NCBI GenBank assembly: GCA_963828735.1
Contig: CAWHFW010000005.1
Coordinates: forward strand, 1,536,001-1,600,000
DNA: 64,000 bases
From: an uncultured Gemmatimonadales bacterium
GTDB lineage: Bacteria; Gemmatimonadota; Gemmatimonadetes; Gemmatimonadales; GWC2-71-9
Direction: 5' to 3'
Positions 1 to 9,569 of this stretch are shown piece after piece (the first letter of the stretch is position 1; the number at the start of each line of letters is the position of its first letter). Under the pieces are notes generated by a model. That model worked only from the letters and a program-made list of their open reading frames with translations. It was not told the origin of the DNA and ran no database searches. The translations under genes were made by a program, and so were the position numbers.

Positions 1-858
1 TTCGGGACTGACCCACTGTCCCTCGGGTCCTCGGCCCGATCGGAGCCAGACCTGTGCGTATCGGGCCAGGTCCATCCCGGTCGAGAAGACACCCGCGTGG
101 CCCGCCACTCCACCCATCGCTACGGCGTTCTGATCGTTCACGTCACCCGGCACGGGCTGGCCACGCCATATCCCGCTCGGCGCGATCCGGGACTTCAGCC
201 GGGCAGAAGGCCGGTACATCGTCTGGGTCAGGCCGAGGGGCGTGAATACTTCGCGCTTCGCCAACTCGTCGAGCGGCAATCCGCCTACCTTCTCCTCGAT
301 AAGACCAAGAAAGAGCGCGTTGAGATCGCTGTATTCGGCGCTGTCGCCGGGAGTTCGGACGAGCGGCTGCGCGTAGAGGAGGTCCACGGCGCGGGCCCGG
401 CTGCCGCGAGCTTTGACATAGAACGGGACGTAGCTCTTGAGCCCGCTGGTATGGTCCAGCAGCATGCGGACCGTCACGCTGTTCTTGAGCCCTCCAGAGA
501 ACCGAGGGAGGTAGCGCCGCAGGGGCGCATCCAGATCGAGCTTGCCCCGGTCCACCAGCCGCATCGCGATGCTCGTGGCGCTGACGATCTTGGTGATCGA
601 GGCGACGTCCCACAGCGTGGAGTCAGGCGTCGGCGTTGGCGACGTGGGGTCCCAGGTGAAGTGCCCATAGCCGCGGGCGTACATGACGGAATCACGCCGT
701 CCGATCACCACGACGGCGCCGGGGTAGATCCCCTTGCGAATCCCATCCTGCACGGCCGAGTCGATCTCGGCGAGGGATTGGCCCCGTGCAGGGCTAACAC
801 CCAGCGTCATGGCTAGAGCCCCGCACCAGAGCATCGTCCGCCGCGCGATCGTACCCAT
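1..858 (-). CDS. Serine hydrolase, beta-lactamase/AmpC-like family; runs off the left edge of the window
   Basis: Not in ORF track (no stop in window). Manual translation from ATG 858 (GGAG upstream): MGTIARRTMLWCGALAMTLGVSPARGQ...IYPGAVVVIG...WDVASITK (SxxK)...LLDHTSGL. Confidence 0.85.
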   Translation of the reverse strand, partial: MGTIARRTMLWCGALAMTLGVSPARGQSLAEIDSAVQDGIRKGIYPGAVVVIGRRDSVMYARGYGHFTWDPTSPTPTPDSTLWDVASITKIVSATSIAMRLVDRGKLDLDAPLRRYLPRFSGGLKNSVTVRMLLDHTSGLKSYVPFYVKARGSRARAVDLLYAQPLVRTPGDSAEYSDLNALFLGLIEEKVGGLPLDELAKREVFTPLGLTQTMYRPSARLKSRIAPSGIWRGQPVPGDVNDQNAVAMGGVAGHAGVFSTGMDLARYAQVWLRSGRGPEGQWVSPE

Positions 859-1152
859 GCAAAATCTCCACCTTCTGGACATTGGTCAGACCCGGACTGC
901 CCTCGGCTCCTGGCCTGTGGGCGCTCTGATCGGCAGGGTGACGCCCCACGCGGCGGGACTTCCCAGCCGTCGCCAACCGATGATCGGGGAAGATATGGGG
1001 GCTCTGCAGGCAACCATCGTGCCCAGGGGGCACGGCAGGTGAGGCCAGTCTCGGCTCGGCGAGCCGTCACCGGGGTCCAAGCCGAGGACGATGGGGCTCG
1101 AACGCGGGGTCGTGCGGGTTTGCGGACAGGCGACGCCGGCGATGGAGGTGGC

Positions 1153-1959
1153 CTACGGTTCCTCGTCCGTCAGGTCGCGGACGGGACCCGGTGGCAGCCG
1201 ATAGAGGACCGCCGCGGTCCGTCGGTCGCGATCGGAGAGCGTCCCGGTGCGTGTGGCGGGGAACATGACGTCGTTGGAGTCGGCCGAGTGCGGCAGGCCG
1301 ATGGCGTGCCCCGTCTCGTGGACCGCCACGGAGAGGAGCGCGTCGTCGGGAAGGACAACTCCGGTGTTGGTGCGAAGCGCGAGCGAGACCAGCGCCCGGC
1401 GGACCCGCCCGGACTGATCCCACGTGAGGTCCGTCTGCCCGGCACGGTCGAAGTCGAAATGGTCGATCCACCGCACCAGGATCTCGGCCTTGCTCGTGTC
1501 GGTGACGATCTCGAACCGAACGCCGATGCCCAAACTTTCCCATCGGTCGAGCGAGGTGCGCACGTAGTCCGCCAGGCGTGGCGACCAGTTCGGCACGCCG
1601 CCCTCGACCAGGGCCACCCGGATGGGCGTCCCCCAACGGTCGGGCCACCGCCGCACGACCGAATCCGTGCTCAGGATGAGGGAGTCGAGGTAGGTGGAGT
1701 TCGCCTCGCGCGTCAACGCCTCCCGAGCCGCGAGCCGCGCAAGACGAACCTCGCCCGCCGACGCGGCCGGCGCTCGGGTTGGGGCGTGGGTGGCCGCCGA
1801 CGTGCCCTTGTGGCCCAGGTTGGGGATAGCGCTGCGGGATTCATTGGCAACCGGCTCCGCGGCCGCCAACCGGCGCCGGGTGGCCTCCAGGGCCCGGTCG
1901 GCCAGGACCAGGAAGAGCAGGCCCAACGTGACCAGGGGAAGGATGTGGTGGCGCCGCAT
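1153..1959 (-). CDS. Matrixin-family (M10) zinc metalloprotease
   Basis: HETGHAIGLPHS (HExxHxxGxxH) and Met-turn DVMFP; N-terminal hydrophobic segment. Confidence 0.85.
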   Translation of the reverse strand: MRRHHILPLVTLGLLFLVLADRALEATRRRLAAAEPVANESRSAIPNLGHKGTSAATHAPTRAPAASAGEVRLARLAAREALTREANSTYLDSLILSTDSVVRRWPDRWGTPIRVALVEGGVPNWSPRLADYVRTSLDRWESLGIGVRFEIVTDTSKAEILVRWIDHFDFDRAGQTDLTWDQSGRVRRALVSLALRTNTGVVLPDDALLSVAVHETGHAIGLPHSADSNDVMFPATRTGTLSDRDRRTAAVLYRLPPGPVRDLTDEEP

Positions 1960-2086
1960 GGTGACAATATGGAGGATTTTCGGCTCCGCCCGCTAGCCGT
2001 CCCCCCGGCTGGCGCGGGAACCCCCGGCCGTCTAACATTTTGCCACCGTCGAGGCAGGCTGGACCCGGGAGGAAATTCTGAACCTG

Positions 2087-4375
2087 ATGGACCGACTTTC
2101 CCGGGCGCTGGTGCGCTGGCGCTGGGTGGTGCTGGTGGTCTGGGCAGTGGTAGGGGCGGTGGCGGCGGTCCGGGCGCCGGCGACTCCGGCCTTGCTCAAC
2201 ATCCGCGGCGGCAGCAGACGGCCCACCGAGGCGTCCCGGACCGAAAACCTGCTCACCAGGCGGTTCAGCCGGCCGATCGGCGAGTTCTTCGCGATCACCC
2301 TCGAGGCGCCGGGCTCGTTCGACACGCCGGCACCACGCGCCGTGCTCGACACCCTTCTCGCCACGCTCAAGCGCCAACCCTACATCCGGGGACTCATTTC
2401 CTACCCCACGACGGGCGACACCACGTTCGTCAGTCGGGACCGCCGAACCACCTTCGTGATCGTCGCGCTCGAGGTGACCGGAGGTGACAGCGCCGGCTCC
2501 CTCGTCGTGCCGGTTCGCGCCCTGGTGAAGGCGACCATGGCCGCCGTGCCCGACGCCGATCACTACCGGGCGCGCGTCACCGGGCGCGCCCCACTCGACC
2601 TCGATGTGCGGACGGTCGTGACCCGTGACAGCGCGGTGGGGGAGCGGCGCCTCCTCCCCCTCACCCTGGTGATCCTGGTGCTCGCCTTCGGCGCGCTGGT
2701 CGCGGCGGCCCTGCCGCTCATCATCGGCGTGCTCGCGATCGCCGTGTCGCTCGCGATCATCGGCGTCATCGCGCATGTCACACCGATGTCGGTCTTCGTG
2801 CTCAACATGACCACGATGATCGGTCTGGGTGTCGGCATCGATTATTCCCTGCTCATCGTGACCCGGTTCCGCGAGGAGCTGGCCCGAGGCGCACGGCGGC
2901 AGATCGCGGCGGTCAACACCCTCGCCACCGCGGGCCGGGCGGTGATCACCTCGGGGCTCACGGTCTTCGTCGGATTCGGCGCGCTGCTCCTCACGCCCCT
3001 GATCGAGACGCGAAGCGTCGGCATCGGCGGGCTCATCGTCGTGGCGGTCGCGGTCACCCTGTCGATCACGCTGCTCCCCGCCCTGCTGGCGATCCTGGGT
3101 CGCAACATCGACGAGCCCCGGTGGCTGGCCCGCCGCCTCGCGTGGTACCACGCGCCGCAGGTCTGGGAGAAGTGGGCGCGAACGCTGAGCCGCCACCCCG
3201 TCAGGGCGATGGCGTACGGCGGCGCGGTGATCGCCATCCTGACACTGCCGGCGTTCTTCATCAAGATCGGCCTCCCCTCGCGCCACTGGTGGCCCACCGG
3301 CACCGAGGCCGGCGAGGGCCTCGACGCACTGACGACGATGGGCGTCGCGGGATACATCCAGCCGGTGCGAGTGCTCGTGCAGGCGCCCGAGGGGCGGAGC
3401 GTGGTCGACGCGACGTCACTCCGGGGGCTCATGACCCTGAGCGATTCGCTTCGCGCCGATCCGCGCGTGCGGGAGGTGCGAAGCCTCGTGAGCCTCCAGC
3501 CGAAGGGAAGCCTGCTCGAGTACTCCGTGCTCTACAGCGATCTCCCGGCGGCCCACGCGAAGTATCCGGACTTCCTCGACGCGTACCTGAGCAGCGATCG
3601 GCGCCTCGCGCTGCTCGACGTGATCCTCGCCGACACCACGTCGCTCACCACGGCGACCGACGTCGTCCTTCGCGCGCGCCACCTGGCGACGGCCGGGCTC
3701 CGCGGCACCAAGGGCATGACCATCACGGTGGGCGGCTACTCGGCGGCGGCGCTCGATTTCCAAGAGGACATGCTCGCCCGCTTCCCGCTCCTCGTCATCC
3801 TCATCCTCAGCGCGACGGCGGTGATGCTGGCCATCGCGTTTCGATCGCTGCTGGTCCCGATCAAGGCGATCATCATGAACACCCTGTCCGTGAGCGCGAC
3901 CTTCGGGCTCATCGTGCTGGTGTTCCAGCACGGGGTCGGGTCGCAGGTGTTCGGTCTCGACGGGCCGACTTCGGCGATCTTCGTCGCCGTCCCGGTACTG
4001 GTGTTCGCGGTTGTGTTCGGCCTCAGCATGGACTACGAAGTGTTCCTCCTCAGCCGCATCAAGGAGGCGTTCGATCGAAGCGGCCGCAATACGGAAGCCA
4101 CGATGGAGGGCCTGAGCGCGACGGCCTCGGTGATCACGTCCGCGGCGCTCATCATGATCCTCGTGTTCGGGATCTTCGCCTTCGCGCGGGTGCTGGCCAT
4201 GCAGCTCATGGGGTTCGGCCTGGCGGTCGCGGTGCTGCTCGACGCCACGGTCATTCGCATGGTGCTGGTGCCCGCGGTCATGCAGGCGATGGGACGCTGG
4301 AACTGGTGGCCGGGGGTGCGGCGGATCAGGCCCAAGGACCGACCCTCATCGGAGATGCCCGAGCTGCGAGACTAG
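2087..4375 (+). CDS. MMPL-family RND transporter
   Basis: GLGVGIDYSLL and FGLSMDYEVFLLSRIKE motifs, two TM clusters, C-terminal WNWWP. Confidence 0.9.
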   Translation: MDRLSRALVRWRWVVLVVWAVVGAVAAVRAPATPALLNIRGGSRRPTEASRTENLLTRRFSRPIGEFFAITLEAPGSFDTPAPRAVLDTLLATLKRQPYIRGLISYPTTGDTTFVSRDRRTTFVIVALEVTGGDSAGSLVVPVRALVKATMAAVPDADHYRARVTGRAPLDLDVRTVVTRDSAVGERRLLPLTLVILVLAFGALVAAALPLIIGVLAIAVSLAIIGVIAHVTPMSVFVLNMTTMIGLGVGIDYSLLIVTRFREELARGARRQIAAVNTLATAGRAVITSGLTVFVGFGALLLTPLIETRSVGIGGLIVVAVAVTLSITLLPALLAILGRNIDEPRWLARRLAWYHAPQVWEKWARTLSRHPVRAMAYGGAVIAILTLPAFFIKIGLPSRHWWPTGTEAGEGLDALTTMGVAGYIQPVRVLVQAPEGRSVVDATSLRGLMTLSDSLRADPRVREVRSLVSLQPKGSLLEYSVLYSDLPAAHAKYPDFLDAYLSSDRRLALLDVILADTTSLTTATDVVLRARHLATAGLRGTKGMTITVGGYSAAALDFQEDMLARFPLLVILILSATAVMLAIAFRSLLVPIKAIIMNTLSVSATFGLIVLVFQHGVGSQVFGLDGPTSAIFVAVPVLVFAVVFGLSMDYEVFLLSRIKEAFDRSGRNTEATMEGLSATASVITSAALIMILVFGIFAFARVLAMQLMGFGLAVAVLLDATVIRMVLVPAVMQAMGRWNWWPGVRRIRPKDRPSSEMPELRD

Positions 4376-4401
4376 GCGGGCCGGTACGGCGGCTTCCTTC
4401 G

Positions 4402-4887
4402 CTACTTCGAGCGGAACTCCACCGCGGCAGCGGCCACGTCGCTCAGCCGCGCCGCGAAGGTGATCACGATCCATCCGACCACCGCGAGGATGGCCAGCGC
4501 CCACAGCAGCCCGATGGTGGCGAAGCGCGGCGCGCCGTCTCGGGACTCGCGGGGCGGGAGCGCGGGGCGCGGCGCCCGGGCCCGGGCGAAGGCTTCCCGG
4601 CGGCGTTCCGCATCGTCGGGCAGGCTCCGGACCAGCGCCGTCATCGATGGCAGGGGAGGCAGGCCGAGACCGGGTGTCGGGGGGCGGTATCGGAGGCGAT
4701 GCTCCCACGCAGCGCGCACTTCGGCGTGCAGCCCGAGAGGCTGCCAGCTCTGTCGTACCGCGTCAAACAGCGGCGTGCCGGACTCGACGAGCGCGGCCTC
4801 GACAGCGTCGAGCACCGCCTCGACGTCGGCGAACTCGAGGTCGCCAGCGTCAGGGTCGCTGCAGACGAAGCGCATGGTGCCGGTCAC
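4402..4887 (-). CDS. Hypothetical protein with C-terminal TM helix
   Basis: Fills the gap between MMPL and polA; hydrophobic IGLLWALAILAVVGWIVITF. Confidence 0.6.
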   Translation of the reverse strand: MTGTMRFVCSDPDAGDLEFADVEAVLDAVEAALVESGTPLFDAVRQSWQPLGLHAEVRAAWEHRLRYRPPTPGLGLPPLPSMTALVRSLPDDAERRREAFARARAPRPALPPRESRDGAPRFATIGLLWALAILAVVGWIVITFAARLSDVAAAAVEFRSK

Positions 4888-4986
4888 GACCCGATCATCC
4901 TCCTGAAGTTCCCGCTGCGGCCCTCGTGCCGGCTGCCCCGCGCATCACCGAGATTGCGGCCCAAACCGGTGGCTGTCAAACGCGGC

Positions 4987-7908
4987 TCAGCGCTTGGCGT
5001 CCAACCAGTTGGGACCCACCCCGATGTCCACCACGAGCGGCACCCGCAGCTCCACGACGTGCTCCATGTGCTCGCGCACTAGCTCTCGTAGTGCCTCGAG
5101 CTCGTGGGGCGGCGCCTCGAAGACCAGCTCGTCGTGGACCTGAAGCAGCATCCGGCTCGCGAGCCTCCCCTCCCGGATCGCCCCGTGGATGCGGATCATG
5201 GCGAGCTTGATCAGATCCGCCGCGGAACCCTGGAGCGGCGAATTCTGCGCATTGCGCTCGCCGTACGCGCGCATGTTGAAGTTGCGGTCCTTGATCTCCG
5301 GGATATAGCGCCGGCGCTTGAAGATCGTCTCGACGTAGCCCTGCTCGCGCGCGAGCTGGATCTGGCGGTCCAGAAAAGCCCGCACTCCGGCGAAGCGCTC
5401 GAAGTACTTGGCGATGAAGCTCTTGGCGTCCTCCTGTGAGATGCCCAGCTGGCGACTCAATGCGAAGGGGCCCTGCCCATAGATGGTGGCGAAGTTGATC
5501 GTCTTGGCGCGGGCGCGCATGTCAGGCGTCACCTGCTCCACGGGAATACCGAAGATGAGCGCCGCGGTCTGCCGGTGGATGTCGCCGCCCTGGTGAAATG
5601 CCTCGATGAAGGCCGGGTCGCCCGAGAGATGCGCCATGATACGCAGCTCGATCTGGGAATAGTCGGCCACGAGAAACTGCCAGCCGGCGCGGGGGACGAA
5701 CCCGCGCCTGATCTCTTCGCCGCGGGGAGTCCGGATCGGAATGTTCTGCAGGTTGGGATCCGACGAGCTGAGCCGGCCGGTCGCGGCGCCGGTCTGGTTG
5801 AAGCTCGTGTGGATTCGGCCCGTGCGACGGTTGACGGTGCCGGGTAGCGTGTCCACATAGGTGCTCTTGAGCTTCTGCAGCTCGCGGTAGTCGAGGATGA
5901 GCCGCGGCAAGGCGTGGCCCATCGCGGCGAGCTGCTCAAGCACATCGGCGTCCGTGCTGGGGCCGGTCTTGGTCCGCTTGAGAACGGGCAGCTGCTGCCG
6001 CTCGAACAGGATCGACGCGAGCTGTCGCGGCGAGTTGAGATTGAGTGCCTCGCCGGCCACTGTGGCGATCTCTCCCTCGAGGCGACGGAGCTCTGCGCCG
6101 AGCTCCCCGTTCAGGCGCACGAACACCGCGGGATCGATGGAGATCCCCTCCCATTCCATATCCGCGAGCACGGCCACGAGCGGCATCTCGATGTCGCGCA
6201 GCAACGGCTCCATCGCGATGTCACGAATCGCGGGAGCGAAAAACTCGTGCAGGGCGAGCACGGTGGCGCTGTCGGCACCGCAGTACGCCGCAGCAGCGTG
6301 CACCGGCACCTCGGCGAACGGGATCTCCGCCTTGCCCCGGCCTGCCAGCTCCGCATAGGACTGCATCGCGCGCCCGAAGTGCTCGAGGCAGAGCGTGTCG
6401 ATGGAATGCGACCGCCGACCCGGGTCGAGGACGAAGCTCGCGAGCATCGAGTCGTACGCGACGCCGCCGAGCTCGATGCCGGCACGGCGAAGCACCTGCC
6501 AGGCGAACTTGATGTTGTGCGCCGCCTTCTTGACCGCCGGATCTTCCAGCAGCGCCACGAGCGGGGCGAGGGCGTAGTCGCGTATCGGCGGCAGGTTCTT
6601 GACCGGCGCGGGCGCGGCAAGCTCGCCCGCGGGAGGCTGATGCCCGAACGGGAGATACCAGACCTCGGTCGGGCTCGCGGCCAGGGAGAGCCCGACCAGC
6701 TCAGCCTCGTGGGGAGCGAGCGACGAGGTCTCGACGTCGAGGCCGACGAGCGGGGCAGCGCGCAAACGGTCGATCAGGGCCGCCAGATCATCGGGGTCAT
6801 CGACCACGGTCACCTCCACGACCGCCTGGTCACCCAGCGCGTGCCACTCCGCGGCCGTCGTCGGCAGCGTGGCCGTGGCAACCCGCTCCTCGGCTTCGCC
6901 GCCAGGGAGCGCGGGCACCGAGCCGTCGTCACCAGCCTCGTGCGCCGGCAGCGCGGCGTCCGGCGCGGGAGCGGAGGCTCGCGCCGCGGACTCCGCGGCC
7001 GCCCCCCCCTGCCCTCCGAGCCGCTTCGCCAGCGAGAAGAATTCGAGCTCGGTCAGGATCCTGATCAACGCCTCGCGATCCGGCTCTCGCAGGACGAGGT
7101 CCGCGACGTCGAGTTTCACCGGCACGTCGCGCTTGATGGTGACCAGCTCCTTCGAGAGACGAGCGTTGTCCGCCTGGCCGAGGAGTGCCTCTCGCGTGCG
7201 CTTCGCGCTGATCTCGCCGGCTCGGGCAAGAATGGTTTCGAGGTCCCCGAAGTCCGCTAGCAGCTTCTGGGCGCCCTTCTCTCCGATCCCCTTGACCCCG
7301 GGAATGTTGTCCGACGAGTCGCCGACCAGCGCCAGGAAATCCACGACCTGGTGCGGCGGCACCCCTAACCGCTCGGCGCCGTTCGACTCGTCCACCCAGA
7401 CCTCGTCGACGGCAGCGGGTCCGCCGCGGCCGGGGTTGAGCAGCGTGATGCCGGGCCCGATGAGCTGGTAGAAGTCCTTGTCACCGGAGACGATCACGGC
7501 GCGGAGCCCGCGGGCAGCACCGGTCGTCGCGAGGGTGCCGATCACGTCATCCGCCTCATACCCGCGAACGGTCACCAGCGGAATGCGGAACGCCTCGAGC
7601 ATGGCGCCGATCCGCTCAACCGCCCGGTCGAAGTCGGCCTGGAGCGAGTCGTCCAGCTTCTCGCGCGTGGACTTGTAGTCGGGGTAGCGCTCCTCTCGAA
7701 AGGAGGTGCCGGCGTCGTTGATCCACGCGACGTAGTCGGGCCGGTATTTCTCGCGCAGGCGGAGGAGGAAGTTCACCACGCCCCAGGCAGCGGAAGTGTT
7801 TTCGCCCTTGGTGGTCCGCAGCGGCCGCGAGATCATCGCGAAGAATGCTCGATAGATGAGCGCGTAGCCGTCGATGAGGAAGAGTTGGGGAGGGGCGTGG
7901 TTGGGCAT
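4987..7908 (-). CDS. polA: DNA polymerase I
   Basis: 5' nuclease (LIDGYALIYRAF, YEADD, GDSSDNIPGVKGIG), DYSQIELR motif A, RAKTINFATIYG motif B, LQVHDEL motif C. Confidence 0.98.
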   Translation of the reverse strand: MPNHAPPQLFLIDGYALIYRAFFAMISRPLRTTKGENTSAAWGVVNFLLRLREKYRPDYVAWINDAGTSFREERYPDYKSTREKLDDSLQADFDRAVERIGAMLEAFRIPLVTVRGYEADDVIGTLATTGAARGLRAVIVSGDKDFYQLIGPGITLLNPGRGGPAAVDEVWVDESNGAERLGVPPHQVVDFLALVGDSSDNIPGVKGIGEKGAQKLLADFGDLETILARAGEISAKRTREALLGQADNARLSKELVTIKRDVPVKLDVADLVLREPDREALIRILTELEFFSLAKRLGGQGGAAAESAARASAPAPDAALPAHEAGDDGSVPALPGGEAEERVATATLPTTAAEWHALGDQAVVEVTVVDDPDDLAALIDRLRAAPLVGLDVETSSLAPHEAELVGLSLAASPTEVWYLPFGHQPPAGELAAPAPVKNLPPIRDYALAPLVALLEDPAVKKAAHNIKFAWQVLRRAGIELGGVAYDSMLASFVLDPGRRSHSIDTLCLEHFGRAMQSYAELAGRGKAEIPFAEVPVHAAAAYCGADSATVLALHEFFAPAIRDIAMEPLLRDIEMPLVAVLADMEWEGISIDPAVFVRLNGELGAELRRLEGEIATVAGEALNLNSPRQLASILFERQQLPVLKRTKTGPSTDADVLEQLAAMGHALPRLILDYRELQKLKSTYVDTLPGTVNRRTGRIHTSFNQTGAATGRLSSSDPNLQNIPIRTPRGEEIRRGFVPRAGWQFLVADYSQIELRIMAHLSGDPAFIEAFHQGGDIHRQTAALIFGIPVEQVTPDMRARAKTINFATIYGQGPFALSRQLGISQEDAKSFIAKYFERFAGVRAFLDRQIQLAREQGYVETIFKRRRYIPEIKDRNFNMRAYGERNAQNSPLQGSAADLIKLAMIRIHGAIREGRLASRMLLQVHDELVFEAPPHELEALRELVREHMEHVVELRVPLVVDIGVGPNWLDAKR

Positions 7909-7914
7909 CAGGGG

Positions 7915-7920
7915 AAGATA
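7915..7920 (-). promoter_or_regulatory. Putative -10 box of a leaderless polA transcript
   Basis: TATCTT lies 6 nt before the ATG; no Shine-Dalgarno sequence. Confidence 0.45.
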
Positions 7921-7923
7921 AGG

Positions 7924-7961
7924 CGGTCGGACGGTCGGACGGTCGGACGGTCGGACGGTCG
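7924..7961. repeat. Octamer tandem repeat (CGGTCGGA)x4.75
   Basis: Directly visible perfect tandem copies. Confidence 0.95.
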
Positions 7962-8049
7962 CGCCGAACGTGCGTCGCTTGCCGGGATGCTAGCCAGGGT
8001 CCTGCCGGAGGCAGGCGCCCGGGTTTTTCCTGCGGCCGCCCCCTACCCT

Positions 8050-8079
8050 ACCATGTCGCTCTTCACCATGTCGATCTTC
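8050..8079. repeat. 15-bp tandem duplication ACCATGTCG[C/A]TCTTC x2
   Basis: Directly visible, one mismatch. Confidence 0.7.
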
Positions 8080-8106
8080 GGCGTTCGTAGCGAACGGCCG
8101 ACATCG

Positions 8107-9444
8107 CTAGCCCTGTCGCCGGAGCCTTGCGAGCGTCCGCTCGTAGTCGGCGCGGCTAGCCGGCAGGAGCCGCAGTCGCCCGAAGCCGCTCTCGTCCCGG
8201 AAGAAGAGCTCCAACCGGAGGCTGATGTAGGTCCACCGAAGGATGCGGTTGGCGGTAGTGCCCGGGGTGTTCTCCACCGACTCGTCGGGCGGGCCCAGGT
8301 TCACGTAGACCTCGCCCCGATCGGTCCGCCAGCCGGGAACTCCCTCGTCGGTGAACCGCTGGTTCGCCTGCGCGATCCGGCTGAAGTATACGTTGAGCGC
8401 TTCATTCTCCGGGGTCGTGTTGTTGGGGTCGGTCGCGGCGTAGAACTCTCGCCACATGCGGGCTCGCTCGGAGGCCGGCGCCTTCCGCATGGCGTTGACT
8501 TCGTCGTCGTGGCCGAAGTACCGGAGCAGGTCGAGCATCTCGTCGAAGTTGGTCACGACCCATGCCTGCGTGAACGAGACGACGGCGGACACCGCGCGCT
8601 CCGAATTCCCTTCCCCGACGACGAGACTCAGCTCGCCCAGCGCGACGCTGTCCGGTGATAGCCGCACGACCTGGCTCTCGACCTCGTGGCCGCCACGGAA
8701 ATGAAGCTCGTTCTCGTGAACGACGTGTTGTTGCTCGTCCACGACCTTGAACGGGACGGTAGTCGGTTTGGTAAACTTGTATCCCTCCATGTAGGCGAGC
8801 AGCGTATCGCTGCCATACCCAACCGAGCCCCGCGGGTTGAGGACGAGGTTCAACGGGTCGGTCAGGTTCCCCCGCCCCGTCGCCTGGTATGCGAGGATCG
8901 GCCCGCTGGTGGTGCCGGCCGTGAAATGGGGCGCGGTGTAATTGGCCTCCGCATGACTCTCGGAGGTGGATCCGACGTCGCGCACCGTCACGCTGACCTG
9001 GTAGGAGCCCGGCAGGAGCCGCAGCACCTGCTGGAACAGGATGCTCTCGTCGGCCCGCTGGGTCTCCTGAAACGTCGGGACGCGGACGATCTCCTCGCGC
9101 GCGACATCGACCGACGGCGCTCCCTCGCGCTTGAACGAGAGGCTCACGCGATATCGCGCGACGAAGACGTTCCCCTCCCGCTGAAATGCGAGGACCCGAT
9201 TCTCCAGCGACAAGCCCAGCACGCCGATGACCGAATCCGCCGGCCCGGCGGCGAAGGCGACGTTCCCCACGAACGGCAGCGGCTGATCGGCCGCGAGCCG
9301 CCCGAGCCGCTGGTAGAATTGGGTGCTGTTGAGGACGCGCGTGAGCGTTTCCGAAGCGCTGGGCTCCCGCTCGCTACCGACGCGGGACCAACTGCCGCAG
9401 CCGAGGGTCGCGCAGAGCACGACGGGAATGACCAGCCGGCGCAT
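8107..9444 (-). CDS. GWxTD domain-containing lipoprotein
   Basis: PGWRTDRGEVYVNLGPPD motif; signal peptide with lipobox MRRLVIPVVLCATLG-C; start moved to ATG 9444. Confidence 0.85.
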   Translation of the reverse strand: MRRLVIPVVLCATLGCGSWSRVGSEREPSASETLTRVLNSTQFYQRLGRLAADQPLPFVGNVAFAAGPADSVIGVLGLSLENRVLAFQREGNVFVARYRVSLSFKREGAPSVDVAREEIVRVPTFQETQRADESILFQQVLRLLPGSYQVSVTVRDVGSTSESHAEANYTAPHFTAGTTSGPILAYQATGRGNLTDPLNLVLNPRGSVGYGSDTLLAYMEGYKFTKPTTVPFKVVDEQQHVVHENELHFRGGHEVESQVVRLSPDSVALGELSLVVGEGNSERAVSAVVSFTQAWVVTNFDEMLDLLRYFGHDDEVNAMRKAPASERARMWREFYAATDPNNTTPENEALNVYFSRIAQANQRFTDEGVPGWRTDRGEVYVNLGPPDESVENTPGTTANRILRWTYISLRLELFFRDESGFGRLRLLPASRADYERTLARLRRQG

Positions 9445-9569
9445 CGGAGACTCCGGAAAAAGGCGGGCTCGCACGCGCTAGTGCGAGCGCAGCGGAAGGT
9501 TAAGGTCGCCTACAGAGACGCACCACGCAACTTGCTGCCGGGTCGGATTCTCGGTAGCTTGGCGGATCC

